DNA of 64,000 nucleotides from an uncultured Poribacteria bacterium (GCA_958296135.2 CATQHZ020000001.1:576001-640000); one strand, 5' to 3'; counted from the stretch's first letter, positions 46,925 to 56,540 are shown. Program-made: numbers and translations. The notes: generated by a model from the sequence alone, not told the origin.

Positions 46925-49006
46925 TTATTGCAAACCGGTTGCAACCAGAGTGATGCGCACCGGTTCTTCGGCTTTCGATTCATCTTTGTAGTTAAGCCCG
47001 AAGATAACTTGTGCATCGGATGCGGCTTTCTGGATGCCCTGCATTGCGCTATCCAATTCGGCCATCATGAAATCCTGTGGTGCTACCAATTCTACCAGGA
47101 TTCCGGTGGCTTTGGCGAGATTCGCGCCTTCGAGGAGCGGCGAAGAGATAGCGTTTTCTGCTGCGATACGTCCGCGTTCCTCGCCTGTCGCCTGTCCGAT
47201 GCCTATCGCTGTCTTGCCCGGGACCCGTAGGACAGCTTCAACATCGGCGAAGTCAACGGTAACTTCATGCTCGAAATTCACGATGTTCCCGGTGATGAGT
47301 TGCACGCCTCGGCTGAGCATCTCGTCGCTGATGCGGAAGGCATCCTGCATTTCGATGTTCGCGTCACCGTCGTCACCTTCGTCAATGAGGTGTTGATTGG
47401 CGACAACGATGAGGGAATCAGCAGCGGTTTGGAGTTCTTTCACGCCGTTTTCGGCTTGCGTTGCGCGCGGTTCTCCCTCAGCCTTGAAGGGCCGTGTGAC
47501 TATTGCAACGGACAACACGCCGTATCTGCGTGCGAGCGATGCGATGCGCGGCGCGGCCCCGGTGCCGGTGCCGCCGCCCATGCCGGCCACGATGAGCACC
47601 ATGTCTGCGTCTGAGACGAGGGTTTCTAGTGCTGCGCTATCTTCTTCTGCGGCCTTTCGCCCAATGTCGGGGTTGCCGTCTGCACCAAGTCCGTTGGTGG
47701 CATCCTGCCCGAGCTGGATGGGTGTGACATCGTCGTAGGTGTCCAAGGCCCCGCGGTCTGTGTCAACGGCATAAAATTCGAGCCCGGCTAACCCAGCTTC
47801 ACGCATGCGGTTGACAGCGTTTCCGCCGGCGGTGCCGACACCGATAACTTTCACTGTTACTGGCGCAGCCTTCAATTTCATCGGCATGATGAGATAGGTT
47901 TGCCGTGATTCACCTACCGGCTTCGCGATGCCGGGATTTAATTCACCGGAGCAGTTCAGTTTGACGCTTTCGGCCTCCATACGTGAGAGTGCTCCCATCA
48001 GCAGCCGTGCATCAAACCCGATGCGCAGGTTCTTCGTGCAAGAGTCAACAGGGACGAGTTCGTGTGCTCTCCCTAGTCCCGGGGTCTTCGCCGAAATCCG
48101 AATGTGCTTATCCGCTTCGTTGATTTCCAAGCAGACGACACAGCCTTTTTTCGGTTCCGATAGCATGGAGATGCGGCGGACTGCCTGCAGCATCGCTTCG
48201 CGGTTGAAAACGGTGCGGACTTCCATCGCCCCGGGTTTCGGGATAATTTTCTCATAGTCCGGGTATTCGGCATCTATCAAGCGCGTTGTCAGCGTGGTGT
48301 GCTCATCGGCGACAATCAGACACCGCGTGGTGTTAAACGGGACTTGACTTTGGAAGAACGAAACGTTCACCGAGTCAGCCTGGGCGAAGGATTGGGCGAT
48401 TGCCTGCACGGCTTTGAGCGGCACAATGAAGCCTGTCACTCCTGGCGGGGGTGTCAGCGCGTCACAATGCACAAGTGCGAGTTGGCGGCCGTCCGTTGCG
48501 ACTACCTCCGTTCTATCTTCTCGGAAGTTAAAATAGAGCCCGCACAGCATTTTCCGTTCTTTTTCCTCGGTGGATGCTGCGAATTCGGTTTTGTGGATAA
48601 CGTCGCACAGCGTCTGAGGGTGGATGTCCAAGGTTTCCCCTTCAAACGTCGGGAGTGTCGGGAATTCTGTTGCGGGTAGCCCGATAATTGTGTAAACGCT
48701 GTTCCCACACGCCAACTTCACCAAGTTGTTCGTCGGCGTGGTGAGGTGGATATCCAGTTCTGGTAGCCCCTTAACGATGTCCGCCAATTTCTTGGCAGGG
48801 ACGGTAATCGCGCCATCTTCCTGAATAGTCCCATCGACTTTGGTGCGCACGCCTACTTCCGAGTCTGTGGCGGCGCATTCAATTTTCTCCGCGTCCGCCT
48901 TGATGAGGACGTTTGAAAGCATCGGCGAAGTATTGCGCCCATTTGCAATACCCTGCACTATCTGCAGCGAGTGCAAGAGGGGTTCCTTTTGAAACGTTAA
49001 TTTCAT
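46925..49006 (-). CDS. dnaN-ftsZ: Fusion protein: DNA polymerase III beta clamp (aa 1-378) plus FtsZ GTPase core (aa 379-693)
   Basis: Clamp: PMLSNVLI, ATDSE, GAITVPAKKL, EFPTLP, VATDGRQL, RLIDAEYPDYEKIIP, IGFDARLL, YLIMPMKL. FtsZ: KVIGVGTAGGNAVNRM, GLGADGNPDIGRKAAEE, AGMGGGTGTGAAP, VTRPFKAEG, VDFADV, AISSPLL, ITLVATGL. No stop or RBS at the junction. Confidence 0.93.
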   Translation of the reverse strand: MKLTFQKEPLLHSLQIVQGIANGRNTSPMLSNVLIKADAEKIECAATDSEVGVRTKVDGTIQEDGAITVPAKKLADIVKGLPELDIHLTTPTNNLVKLACGNSVYTIIGLPATEFPTLPTFEGETLDIHPQTLCDVIHKTEFAASTEEKERKMLCGLYFNFREDRTEVVATDGRQLALVHCDALTPPPGVTGFIVPLKAVQAIAQSFAQADSVNVSFFQSQVPFNTTRCLIVADEHTTLTTRLIDAEYPDYEKIIPKPGAMEVRTVFNREAMLQAVRRISMLSEPKKGCVVCLEINEADKHIRISAKTPGLGRAHELVPVDSCTKNLRIGFDARLLMGALSRMEAESVKLNCSGELNPGIAKPVGESRQTYLIMPMKLKAAPVTVKVIGVGTAGGNAVNRMREAGLAGLEFYAVDTDRGALDTYDDVTPIQLGQDATNGLGADGNPDIGRKAAEEDSAALETLVSDADMVLIVAGMGGGTGTGAAPRIASLARRYGVLSVAIVTRPFKAEGEPRATQAENGVKELQTAADSLIVVANQHLIDEGDDGDANIEMQDAFRISDEMLSRGVQLITGNIVNFEHEVTVDFADVEAVLRVPGKTAIGIGQATGEERGRIAAENAISSPLLEGANLAKATGILVELVAPQDFMMAELDSAMQGIQKAASDAQVIFGLNYKDESKAEEPVRITLVATGLQ

Positions 49007-49130
49007 TTTTCAAATCTCCTATTTCTCAGTAGTTATCAAAAGAGGATGCCGCAGAACGAGTCCGGTAGGCGCGGTTTGTAAGCGCGCCTACGGGGGTGAG
49101 TCGGCATCTGTCCTAACATATCTTAATAAT

Positions 49131-49146
49131 AGCAATTTTCGTGCCA
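49131..49146 (-). promoter_or_regulatory. Sigma-54 (-24/-12) promoter of dnaN-ftsZ
   Basis: TGGCACG-AAAA-TTGCT on the minus strand; AGGAGA RBS near 49015-49020. Confidence 0.88.
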
Positions 49147-49195
49147 CATTGAAACCTGCACGTTTACGGGAGAGTCACCTTCAAGTTGGGTAAAA

Positions 49196-49225
49196 TTTTT
49201 ATCGATAAGGGAAAGAATTTTACCG
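49196..49225. promoter_or_regulatory. Candidate activator-binding enhancer (GGTAA...TTACC-type)
   Basis: tgggtaaaatttttatcgataagggaaagaattttacc resembles the repeats at 45411-45448 and 43951-43988. Confidence 0.45.
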
Positions 49226-49481
49226 CTGCGGTTAAAGCGCATCCTGTCCGCGGCCTTCCTAGTGCCATGTCATGTTTGAATTCTCAATGTATCGTCATCA
49301 TATCCGCCTGTTGCTCAGAATTACCCGTTTATTTCCAGAATTTTCAATGGGATAAAATTCACGGAGTGCCCGCGCTTGAAACTCCAACATTTTTCTGACA
49401 GGGAGAACTGAATCGTTCTGGACAAATTCTGTGTTTGTTGGTATCATAACATGAAGCAGCGAAAAGGAGGCAGGAAAACCG

Positions 49482-51614
49482 ATGCAAACACTCGCGATTG
49501 AGGGAAAAACGTATACCAATTCAATAGGCATGCAGTTGGTGAGAATTGAACCCGGCAGTTTTCTCATGGGCTCGGAGAGGGCCCAACTCTCCGATGAATT
49601 AACCGATGGCAAGGCGCACCTGCGCGATGGCGATTGGGATGAACATCCTGTGCATCAGGTGACGCTCAGCACGCCGTTCTACATGGGCATTTTTCAGGTG
49701 ACGAATGCGCAGTATGAGGCATTTGACCCGGGGCACCGGCACCTGCGCGGTTGTCTCAATATGGGCTTGGAAGTTGCGCCCTACATCGGTTTCTCACGGG
49801 AAGAGGAGGAGGCTGTCGTGTTTGTAAATTGGCACGATGCTGTCGGCTTCTGTGAATGGCTCTCCGAACGTGAAGGCCAGCCTTACCGGCTTCCGACGGA
49901 GGCGGAATGGGAATACACCTGTCGTGCTGGCACAACGACGCACTTTTCTACCGGGGACACGCTTCCCACTGCGTTCCATAAAAACGTCGGCGAGAGCTGG
50001 TATCCCGATGCAGAAAGGGGCCGTGGCGCGGCAGAGGTAGTGCCGCTGCATGTCGGGCAAACGCCGCCAAACGCTTGGGGCCTCTACGATATGCACGGCA
50101 ACGTGGAGGAATGGTGCCACGATTGGTATGGTGCCTATGAACCGCAGCCGCAGGAAAATCCTGTCGGCAGGGAGGATGGGCTCTATCGTGTGACGCGCGG
50201 CGGCAGTCATTCCACATTGCTTTGCTATCTGCGTTCAGCAAATCGGATGGGCGCGGTGCCGGCGGATAAACATTGGTATATCGGCTTCCGGGTAGTCTGT
50301 GGCGCGGTGCCGGATACGCTGCCCCTCCGCGTGCCGCAAGTGGCCCTGTGGGGCCGTGATGTCAAGCAATCGGCGTGCGTGGCGAGCGCGCCGCCAGAAG
50401 AAACGGGCGCGGCCATAGAAAACGTGGTTACGTTGCCCGGCAAAAGCAAACTACCGTTTTTCGCCGAACCGCTTACTTATGTGAAAATCCCGGCAGGTTC
50501 AAACGGCCCGCTTTTCTCGGCGCATAACCATGTGCCATCAATTGTGGCGTGTCCAAACGGCGATATGTTCGCTGCATGGTATTCGTGCGTGACGGAACGG
50601 GGCCGTGAACTGACGGTGGCGGCGAGTCGGTTGCGTCACGGCGAAAACGAATGGGAACCAGCGGAACCGTTCTGGGGTGCTCCCGATAGGAATAATCACG
50701 CTACGGCACTCTGGTGCAATGAAGAGGGGCGCGTTTACCATTTCAACGGGTTATCCGCCGCGGCGACATGGGGGCCACTGGCGTTAGTTCTGCGCTATTC
50801 CGACGATAACGGCGCGACGTGGACACGGCCGCGGCTCATTTCTCCGGCACATCAATTGCGGCAGATGCCGATTACGTCCGTTTTCCGTAGACAAGACGGC
50901 TCTATCCTTCTCGCGTGCGATGCTGTCAGCGGTGGAAACGGCGGCACTGCCATCTGGCTCAGCGAGGACGATGGAGAAACGTGGCGCGACCCGGGCGCGG
51001 GGCAACCTATCCCTGAATTTGCCGATGGCCAGCGCGGCGCGTGGATTGCCGGCATTCACGCCGCTGTCGTTGAGCTCTCGGATGGGAGGTTAATGGCTTA
51101 CGGCCGCGGCGATACGATTGACGGCCGGATGCCGAAGAGCGTCTCTTCAGATGGCGGAAAAACGTGGCACTACAGTGCGAGTCCTTTTCCGCCGCTTTCG
51201 GGTGGGCAACGGTGCGTGCTGCTCAGGCTCACCGTAGACGGGCAGGCTGGTGTTGAAAAACCGGGTCCGATTTTCCTCGCCGCTTTCACGGGTGAGCGGC
51301 GGGCTCCGGCGGCGATGCCGATAGTGGATGCATCGGGGCAAGAACGCTCGGTGAAAGGTTTGTTCGGCGCGCTCTCTTTCGACGATGGCGAAACCTGGGC
51401 GCGCATCCGCCTTATCAGCGATGACGGCCCAGACCGGGAGCTAGAAACGATGGATGGCAGGCCCTTTACGATGGGAATAAGCAGTGCTGAGCCGGGCGGC
51501 TACCTCGCCGTGTGTCAAGGCAAGGATGGCACTATTCATCTGATTAGCAGCAGGCAGCATTATCGGTTTAACCTTGCGTGGCTGCAGGAGTCGCCGCCAG
51601 CAGTGGCGCGATGA
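49482..51614 (+). CDS. FGE-sulfatase (SUMF1-like) domain fused to BNR/sialidase beta-propeller
   Basis: RLPTEAEWEY, NAWGLYDMHGNVEEW, IGFRVV; Asp boxes SDDNGATW, SEDDGETW, SSDGGKTW, SFDDGETW. Confidence 0.9.
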   Translation: MQTLAIEGKTYTNSIGMQLVRIEPGSFLMGSERAQLSDELTDGKAHLRDGDWDEHPVHQVTLSTPFYMGIFQVTNAQYEAFDPGHRHLRGCLNMGLEVAPYIGFSREEEEAVVFVNWHDAVGFCEWLSEREGQPYRLPTEAEWEYTCRAGTTTHFSTGDTLPTAFHKNVGESWYPDAERGRGAAEVVPLHVGQTPPNAWGLYDMHGNVEEWCHDWYGAYEPQPQENPVGREDGLYRVTRGGSHSTLLCYLRSANRMGAVPADKHWYIGFRVVCGAVPDTLPLRVPQVALWGRDVKQSACVASAPPEETGAAIENVVTLPGKSKLPFFAEPLTYVKIPAGSNGPLFSAHNHVPSIVACPNGDMFAAWYSCVTERGRELTVAASRLRHGENEWEPAEPFWGAPDRNNHATALWCNEEGRVYHFNGLSAAATWGPLALVLRYSDDNGATWTRPRLISPAHQLRQMPITSVFRRQDGSILLACDAVSGGNGGTAIWLSEDDGETWRDPGAGQPIPEFADGQRGAWIAGIHAAVVELSDGRLMAYGRGDTIDGRMPKSVSSDGGKTWHYSASPFPPLSGGQRCVLLRLTVDGQAGVEKPGPIFLAAFTGERRAPAAMPIVDASGQERSVKGLFGALSFDDGETWARIRLISDDGPDRELETMDGRPFTMGISSAEPGGYLAVCQGKDGTIHLISSRQHYRFNLAWLQESPPAVAR

Positions 51615-51662
51615 ACAGAGACACTCCGAAGGAATGTTCGTCGGAACCCCCGCTTTGAAAGT

Positions 51663-52352
51663 GTGTTGATGAAAATCGCCTCTTACGATGAGGGTGAGGA
51701 TTTCAACATGGACGACGATGTCATCAGTGAACTTGCAACATACGGTGTTATTACCGAGGATAGTGAAGGCCGGTGTGAAATTGCCAACCCGATTTATCTT
51801 TACCGCATTCTACGGACGTTTAAACCGCTTTTGGAGCGGTTCGAGAATGAATACCACCCTCAGGACACCGGTGGGTGTTTTCGGGACTACCTCACCTCTG
51901 ATAGGCAGATTCGGATGGGACGGTTGCTGGATAACTTCCGCGATTTCATCGCCCGTGTCGGCTTCAAGATTTTGGATATGCCACAAACGCCACAGGAATA
52001 TGTAGGCCAACGTCTGCTGTTCGCCTACCTCGAGCAGTTTGTCCTGCAGGTAGGCGGTGTGATGTATCTGGAGGTGCAAACCGGCCGCGGTCGGATAGAT
52101 TTGGCGATTGCTCACCGGGGACGCAAATACGTCGTGGAGGCCAAGGTTTGGCAAGGCGAAGCCTCGTATCAGGCAGGGAAAGCGCAGCTCGTCGCCTATC
52201 TGAAATTGGAACATGCCGTGGCAGGCTATTACATTGTGTTCGATCTCCGCAAGAATCCAGTGCCCCGCGTGGAAACCGCCACGCTCAACGGGACGACGCT
52301 TCGGAGTTACGTTATCCCGGTGTTGCAAGGACGGCCCTCAGACGCGCTATAG
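51663..52352 (+). pseudogene. C-terminal fragment of an AAA-ATPase plus PD-(D/E)xK nuclease protein
   Basis: IANPIY, EYVGQ, YLEVQTGRGRIDL..YVVEAKVW..QL..YL; ATPase domain missing. Confidence 0.65.
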
Positions 52353-52394
52353 ACATTAAGCCGCTACGAGGCTTTAACGGATGGAGGAATTGAA

Positions 52395-53285
52395 ATGAAA
52401 CTCCCTTTTTTGCACCATGAAACAGACGTGAGTACCGACTTACGCGAGAGTCATGACATGCTCGATAATCCCAAAGCCCTGCGCGAACGGATGACAGCAG
52501 ATGGATATCTGCTTCTCCGCGGGCTACACGAACGGGAAACGGTTCTCACCGCGCGGCGGCAGCTTCTGGAGAAACTCTCTGCGAAAGGGATGCTTGCGCC
52601 CAATACACCGCTGATGGCTGGCATCTTCAACCCGGATTATCCGGAACCCACTTCTACCGGCTCCATGGGAAATAAGGCGTTGACGCGGATGCCTGCCTTC
52701 AAGGCCGTCGTAGAAGGCGCGCCGGTGATGGACTTTTTTCGGCGGTTCCTCGGCGGCGACGCGCTGACGTTCGATTTCAAATGGCTCCGCACGGCGGGCC
52801 CCGGCTCGGCCTCTCCGATTCATTGCGACATCGTCTTTATGGGCAGAGGCACGCAAAACCTGTATTCCTGCTGGACACCGTTCGGGGATGTGTCGTTAGA
52901 TATGGGGCCCATCGTCTTCTGCCTCGGGTCGCACCGGTTTGACAACGTCCGGAAAACGTATGGCAAAGCGGATGTTGATGCAGATCTGATTGAAGGACAT
53001 TTCAGTGATAATCCGAGCGACATCGTCGAGAGATTCGGTGGCCGCTGGGCAACGACAACGTTTGAGGCTGGCGATGTGGTTATTTTCAGCATGTTCTTGA
53101 TGCACGCGTCGTTGCGCAATACGTCCAACAACATTCGCATCACGGCGGATACCCGTTATCAACTCGCCGAAGAGCCGGCCGATGAACGCTGGATAGGTGA
53201 AAACCCGAAGGGCCATTACGCGTGGAAACAGCAGCACGCGGAGATTGAACCGTTGGCGGTTTCTCGGCAAAAATGGGGGGTATAG
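52395..53285 (+). CDS. Phytanoyl-CoA dioxygenase (PhyH) family Fe/2OG oxygenase
   Basis: DGYLLLRG, HCD, WTPFGD, GSH, AGDVVIF..H..N..R. Confidence 0.92.
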   Translation: MKLPFLHHETDVSTDLRESHDMLDNPKALRERMTADGYLLLRGLHERETVLTARRQLLEKLSAKGMLAPNTPLMAGIFNPDYPEPTSTGSMGNKALTRMPAFKAVVEGAPVMDFFRRFLGGDALTFDFKWLRTAGPGSASPIHCDIVFMGRGTQNLYSCWTPFGDVSLDMGPIVFCLGSHRFDNVRKTYGKADVDADLIEGHFSDNPSDIVERFGGRWATTTFEAGDVVIFSMFLMHASLRNTSNNIRITADTRYQLAEEPADERWIGENPKGHYAWKQQHAEIEPLAVSRQKWGV

Positions 53286-53297
53286 GGAGGAAAAACG

Positions 53298-54365
53298 ATG
53301 AAACGCGCGAGAAATCAAAACGGATGTGCTAAGTTCATAGGGTTGCTGTTGCTCCTCGCCGTGGCGGTTGGGCTCGGCTTCCTCTTCCGGTATTATAGCG
53401 GGAGGCCCCCAGAGTCAACAGGCGTATCGTGGGAAGTCTACTTTAGCGACATCCGTCCCGGTGGCCCTGATAAAAACAATCCTTACACCCTCGACAAGCG
53501 GCTCGTCGCCAAATTGGAGACGGCCGCCGAACGGATTGACGCGGCACTCCAACAACTGAATTCCGCGCCGATAGCGGATGCCTTTATTGATGCGCACCGC
53601 CGTGGCGTGGAGGTGCGGGTTGTCACGGAGACAAAATATATTGAAGAACGGCAAATCGAGCGGTTGCAAGAAGTGGGCATCCCGGTAGCCGATGATGAAG
53701 AGCACGATGGACTGATGCACCACAAATTCATCATCATCGATGGCCGCTATGTCTGGACAGGTTCCTATAACACCACGAACAACGGCGCGTATAAGAACAA
53801 CAATAACGTCATCTGGCTGGACTCGTCGCAGCTCGCCTATAACTTCACGGAGGAATTTCGGGAGATGTTCCTCTACCGGCAGTTCGGGCCGACTTCAGAC
53901 GCGAGTGTGCAGTATCCGCAAGTAACGTTGGGTGATGGCACGCAGATTTTCACCTATTTTGCGCCCGAAAACAACACCGTTTCGCCGCTTTTAAGTGAAA
54001 TTCAGGCGGCGGAGCAGTCCATCTATTTCATGGCGTTTTCGTTTACACACGATATCCTCGGCGATGCGATGCGCCGCCAGTTTGGAGCCGGGGTTTCGGT
54101 GCAGGGTGTCTTTGAAGCACGGCAGGTTACTGAGCACTCCGAATACGATGCAATGCTAGCGGCAGGCATCCCGGTGGTTCAAAATGCAAAAAGTGGCATG
54201 ATGCACCACAAAGTCATTGTCATTGATGAGGAAACGGTGATAACCGGTTCCTATAACTTCTCGAAGAATGCTGAAACTAAGAACAGCGAGAACCTGCTGA
54301 TTATCAAGGGAAATAGCGACATTGCGCGTGCATACCTAGACGAATTTAAACGGATGGCTCAATGA
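53298..54365 (+). CDS. Membrane-anchored phospholipase D-family (Nuc-like) protein
   Basis: Two HKD motifs, HHKFIIID..GSYN and HHKVIVID..GSYN. Confidence 0.92.
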   Translation: MKRARNQNGCAKFIGLLLLLAVAVGLGFLFRYYSGRPPESTGVSWEVYFSDIRPGGPDKNNPYTLDKRLVAKLETAAERIDAALQQLNSAPIADAFIDAHRRGVEVRVVTETKYIEERQIERLQEVGIPVADDEEHDGLMHHKFIIIDGRYVWTGSYNTTNNGAYKNNNNVIWLDSSQLAYNFTEEFREMFLYRQFGPTSDASVQYPQVTLGDGTQIFTYFAPENNTVSPLLSEIQAAEQSIYFMAFSFTHDILGDAMRRQFGAGVSVQGVFEARQVTEHSEYDAMLAAGIPVVQNAKSGMMHHKVIVIDEETVITGSYNFSKNAETKNSENLLIIKGNSDIARAYLDEFKRMAQ

Positions 54366-54443
54366 GGGCCACGCCTGTCAAGGTGGATGGATGTCTATAC
54401 CAGCTTGTTTTCCACGGGGATGGACAGCTATAGACATCTGTGC

Positions 54444-55205
54444 TTACACTTGCTTCACCCGCGCACTGTAATCGTCGTAGGCTCGCTCAATCTGCTTCGC
54501 TGATTCTTCAGGGCCGAGGAAATAGGAGCCGGTTAGCACTACCGGCGGCTGTCCGCGTTCCGTCAATAGCTCGGCGACGCGGCACTTTATCGCATTCGCA
54601 ATCGCTAATGTGCCGATGCTAGAGGTGGGGCCAACCGGGTGCGCCAGATTGGGGATATCCACGACAGCATCGCCCGGTGGGTTGCAGTTATCAATAGTCA
54701 AGTCGGCGACATCGCACAGCCGTTTGCCGGCGGGATGCTTTGAAGCCGAGGCGCGACTGTGCGCGAGGGAATTCACGGCGATGACGGGAAGGTTCCGCGA
54801 TTTCGCACCCATCGCGATTTCAACGGGGAGGACATTCGTGCCGGAGTTGGAAAAGACAATCATGCAATCGGCGGGGCCGAAGGTGAAGTTGCGCAAAATC
54901 ACCTCGGCGTAGCCCGGTATGTTTTCCAAGAAGAGGGCTTGGCGTTGCCCGTTGCATCCGACAACTTGGTTGTGGTAGGTAACGGCGAGCTCAACGATGG
55001 GATAGAAACCGGCGTAACTGCCGTAGCGAGGGAAGATTTCCTCGACTGCCATGCGGGAATGTCCGGAGCCGAAGAGGTAGACGAGGCCGCCGTTCGCGAT
55101 GGTTTCGGCGCACATCTCTGAAGCTTGCGCGATTGCATCCAGCTGCGATGCCTCAATCTGTCTCAAAACGTCTTGTGCAATTTGTAAGTAGCGTAAATGG
55201 GACAT
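54444..55205 (-). CDS. SIS-domain sugar isomerase-like protein
   Basis: FGSGHS, SNSGTN, DNC.P.GD, GPTSS. Confidence 0.88.
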   Translation of the reverse strand: MSHLRYLQIAQDVLRQIEASQLDAIAQASEMCAETIANGGLVYLFGSGHSRMAVEEIFPRYGSYAGFYPIVELAVTYHNQVVGCNGQRQALFLENIPGYAEVILRNFTFGPADCMIVFSNSGTNVLPVEIAMGAKSRNLPVIAVNSLAHSRASASKHPAGKRLCDVADLTIDNCNPPGDAVVDIPNLAHPVGPTSSIGTLAIANAIKCRVAELLTERGQPPVVLTGSYFLGPEESAKQIERAYDDYSARVKQV

Positions 55206-55231
55206 TTTTGTTATTCCTAGCGGTTGTTCAA

Positions 55232-55335
55232 CTGTCTTTGGGTGAATGACGCTGACGCGTCTGTCTTTGGGTAAATGACGCTGACGCGTCGGGCCGCATT
55301 GACGTTGTCAATGCTTGCATGCCTGGGGCAATTCA
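55232..55335 (-). repeat. AAC-loop hairpin element copy D, with adjacent 29-bp tandem duplication
   Basis: gcattgac-gtt-gtcaatgc (55296-55314); ctgtctttgggtraatgacgctgacgcgt occurs twice. Confidence 0.75.
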
Positions 55336-55495
55336 TCTGCTATTCTATCATATTTCGCGTGCAAATTGCAATTTTTTTTCTGTTTTCTTTCGCGTTTTGT
55401 GGTATAATATATGTAAACAGATTTTTTGACAGGAGCCTCCATCTCCTTATCACACCAAAAACTGAGTCATTAACAACGGGCACGTCACCCAAGAC

Positions 55496-55591
55496 ATTAG
55501 TACCAAGAATGTAGTTATTGACAACGTCAATAACGAATATACGTAGGAGAACGCCATTGCACCAACAACCGTTATCGAACGTATTGCGAAC
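55496..55591 (+). repeat. AAC-loop hairpin/leader element copy B
   Basis: gttattgac-aac-gtcaataac (55514-55534), then AGGAGA and TTG 55557. Confidence 0.85.
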
Positions 55592-56540
55592 GAGGAAAAT
55601 TCCCGGCGTTAGCAAAGACATCTCCCAACTGATTCTGGGAACGATGATGCTATCGCCGGTGGCATACTCGCACAGCACCGAGCTGCTGGACGCATTTTTT
55701 GAGGCTGGCGGCAACGCGCTTGACACCGCACACGGCTACGGCGGCGGCACCAGCGAAATGTTAATCGGGCTCTGGATGCGGGAACGCGGCAACCGAGAGA
55801 ACGTCTTTCTCATTGATAAGGGCGGGCACCCAAACGGCCGCGTGCCACGCCCGCGGCTGTCCCCTGAAGAGTTAAAGAGCGACTTGGACGAAAGCCTTAT
55901 TCGGCTCCGCACCGATTACATCGAGCTCTACATGCTCCATCGCGATGACCCGAGCATCCCCGTTAGCACGGTTATTGATTACCTGAATTACGAGATTCGG
56001 GCTGGACGCATTCGCGCGATTTCGGCATCGAACTGGGAACCGGAACGCATCATCGCTGCGAACACCTATGCAACGGAAAACGGCTTGAGCGGCTTCGTCT
56101 CGTGTAGCAACAACATTAGCCTCGCCGTGCCGATGGAGCCGATGTGGGGTGGTTGCGTCTGTGTTGACGCTGCTGCGCGCGCGTGGCACGAGGAGAGCCA
56201 ATTCCCGTTGATGCCGTGGTCTTCGCAAGCGCGGGGGTTTTTCAGCGGTGCGTTCACGCCAGAGAAGCGCGATAACGGCGACATGGTGCGCGTCTATTAC
56301 AACGCTGACAACTTTGAGCGGCTCGCCCGCGCAACAAAATTGGGCGAGGCACGCGGCTATTCCGCCATCCAGGTTTCCCTCGCTTATGCCGTGCAGCTCC
56401 CGTTTCCGATTTTTCCGATTGTAGGCCCGGCAAACGTGGAGGAGATGGCCTCCTCGTTAGGGGCATTGTCGCTTGAACTCTCCGCGGCGGAGATGGCCTG
56501 GCTGAACCTAGAGAACGCCGGTGAGGTGAAGTCAGGTTGA
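55557..56540 (+). CDS. Aldo/keto reductase
   Basis: LILGT, DTAHGYG, KGGH, SLIRLRTDYIELYMLHRDD, SNW, PWSSQARG; start uncertain (TTG 55557 follows an RBS). Confidence 0.92.
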   Translation: MHQQPLSNVLRTRKIPGVSKDISQLILGTMMLSPVAYSHSTELLDAFFEAGGNALDTAHGYGGGTSEMLIGLWMRERGNRENVFLIDKGGHPNGRVPRPRLSPEELKSDLDESLIRLRTDYIELYMLHRDDPSIPVSTVIDYLNYEIRAGRIRAISASNWEPERIIAANTYATENGLSGFVSCSNNISLAVPMEPMWGGCVCVDAAARAWHEESQFPLMPWSSQARGFFSGAFTPEKRDNGDMVRVYYNADNFERLARATKLGEARGYSAIQVSLAYAVQLPFPIFPIVGPANVEEMASSLGALSLELSAAEMAWLNLENAGEVKSG

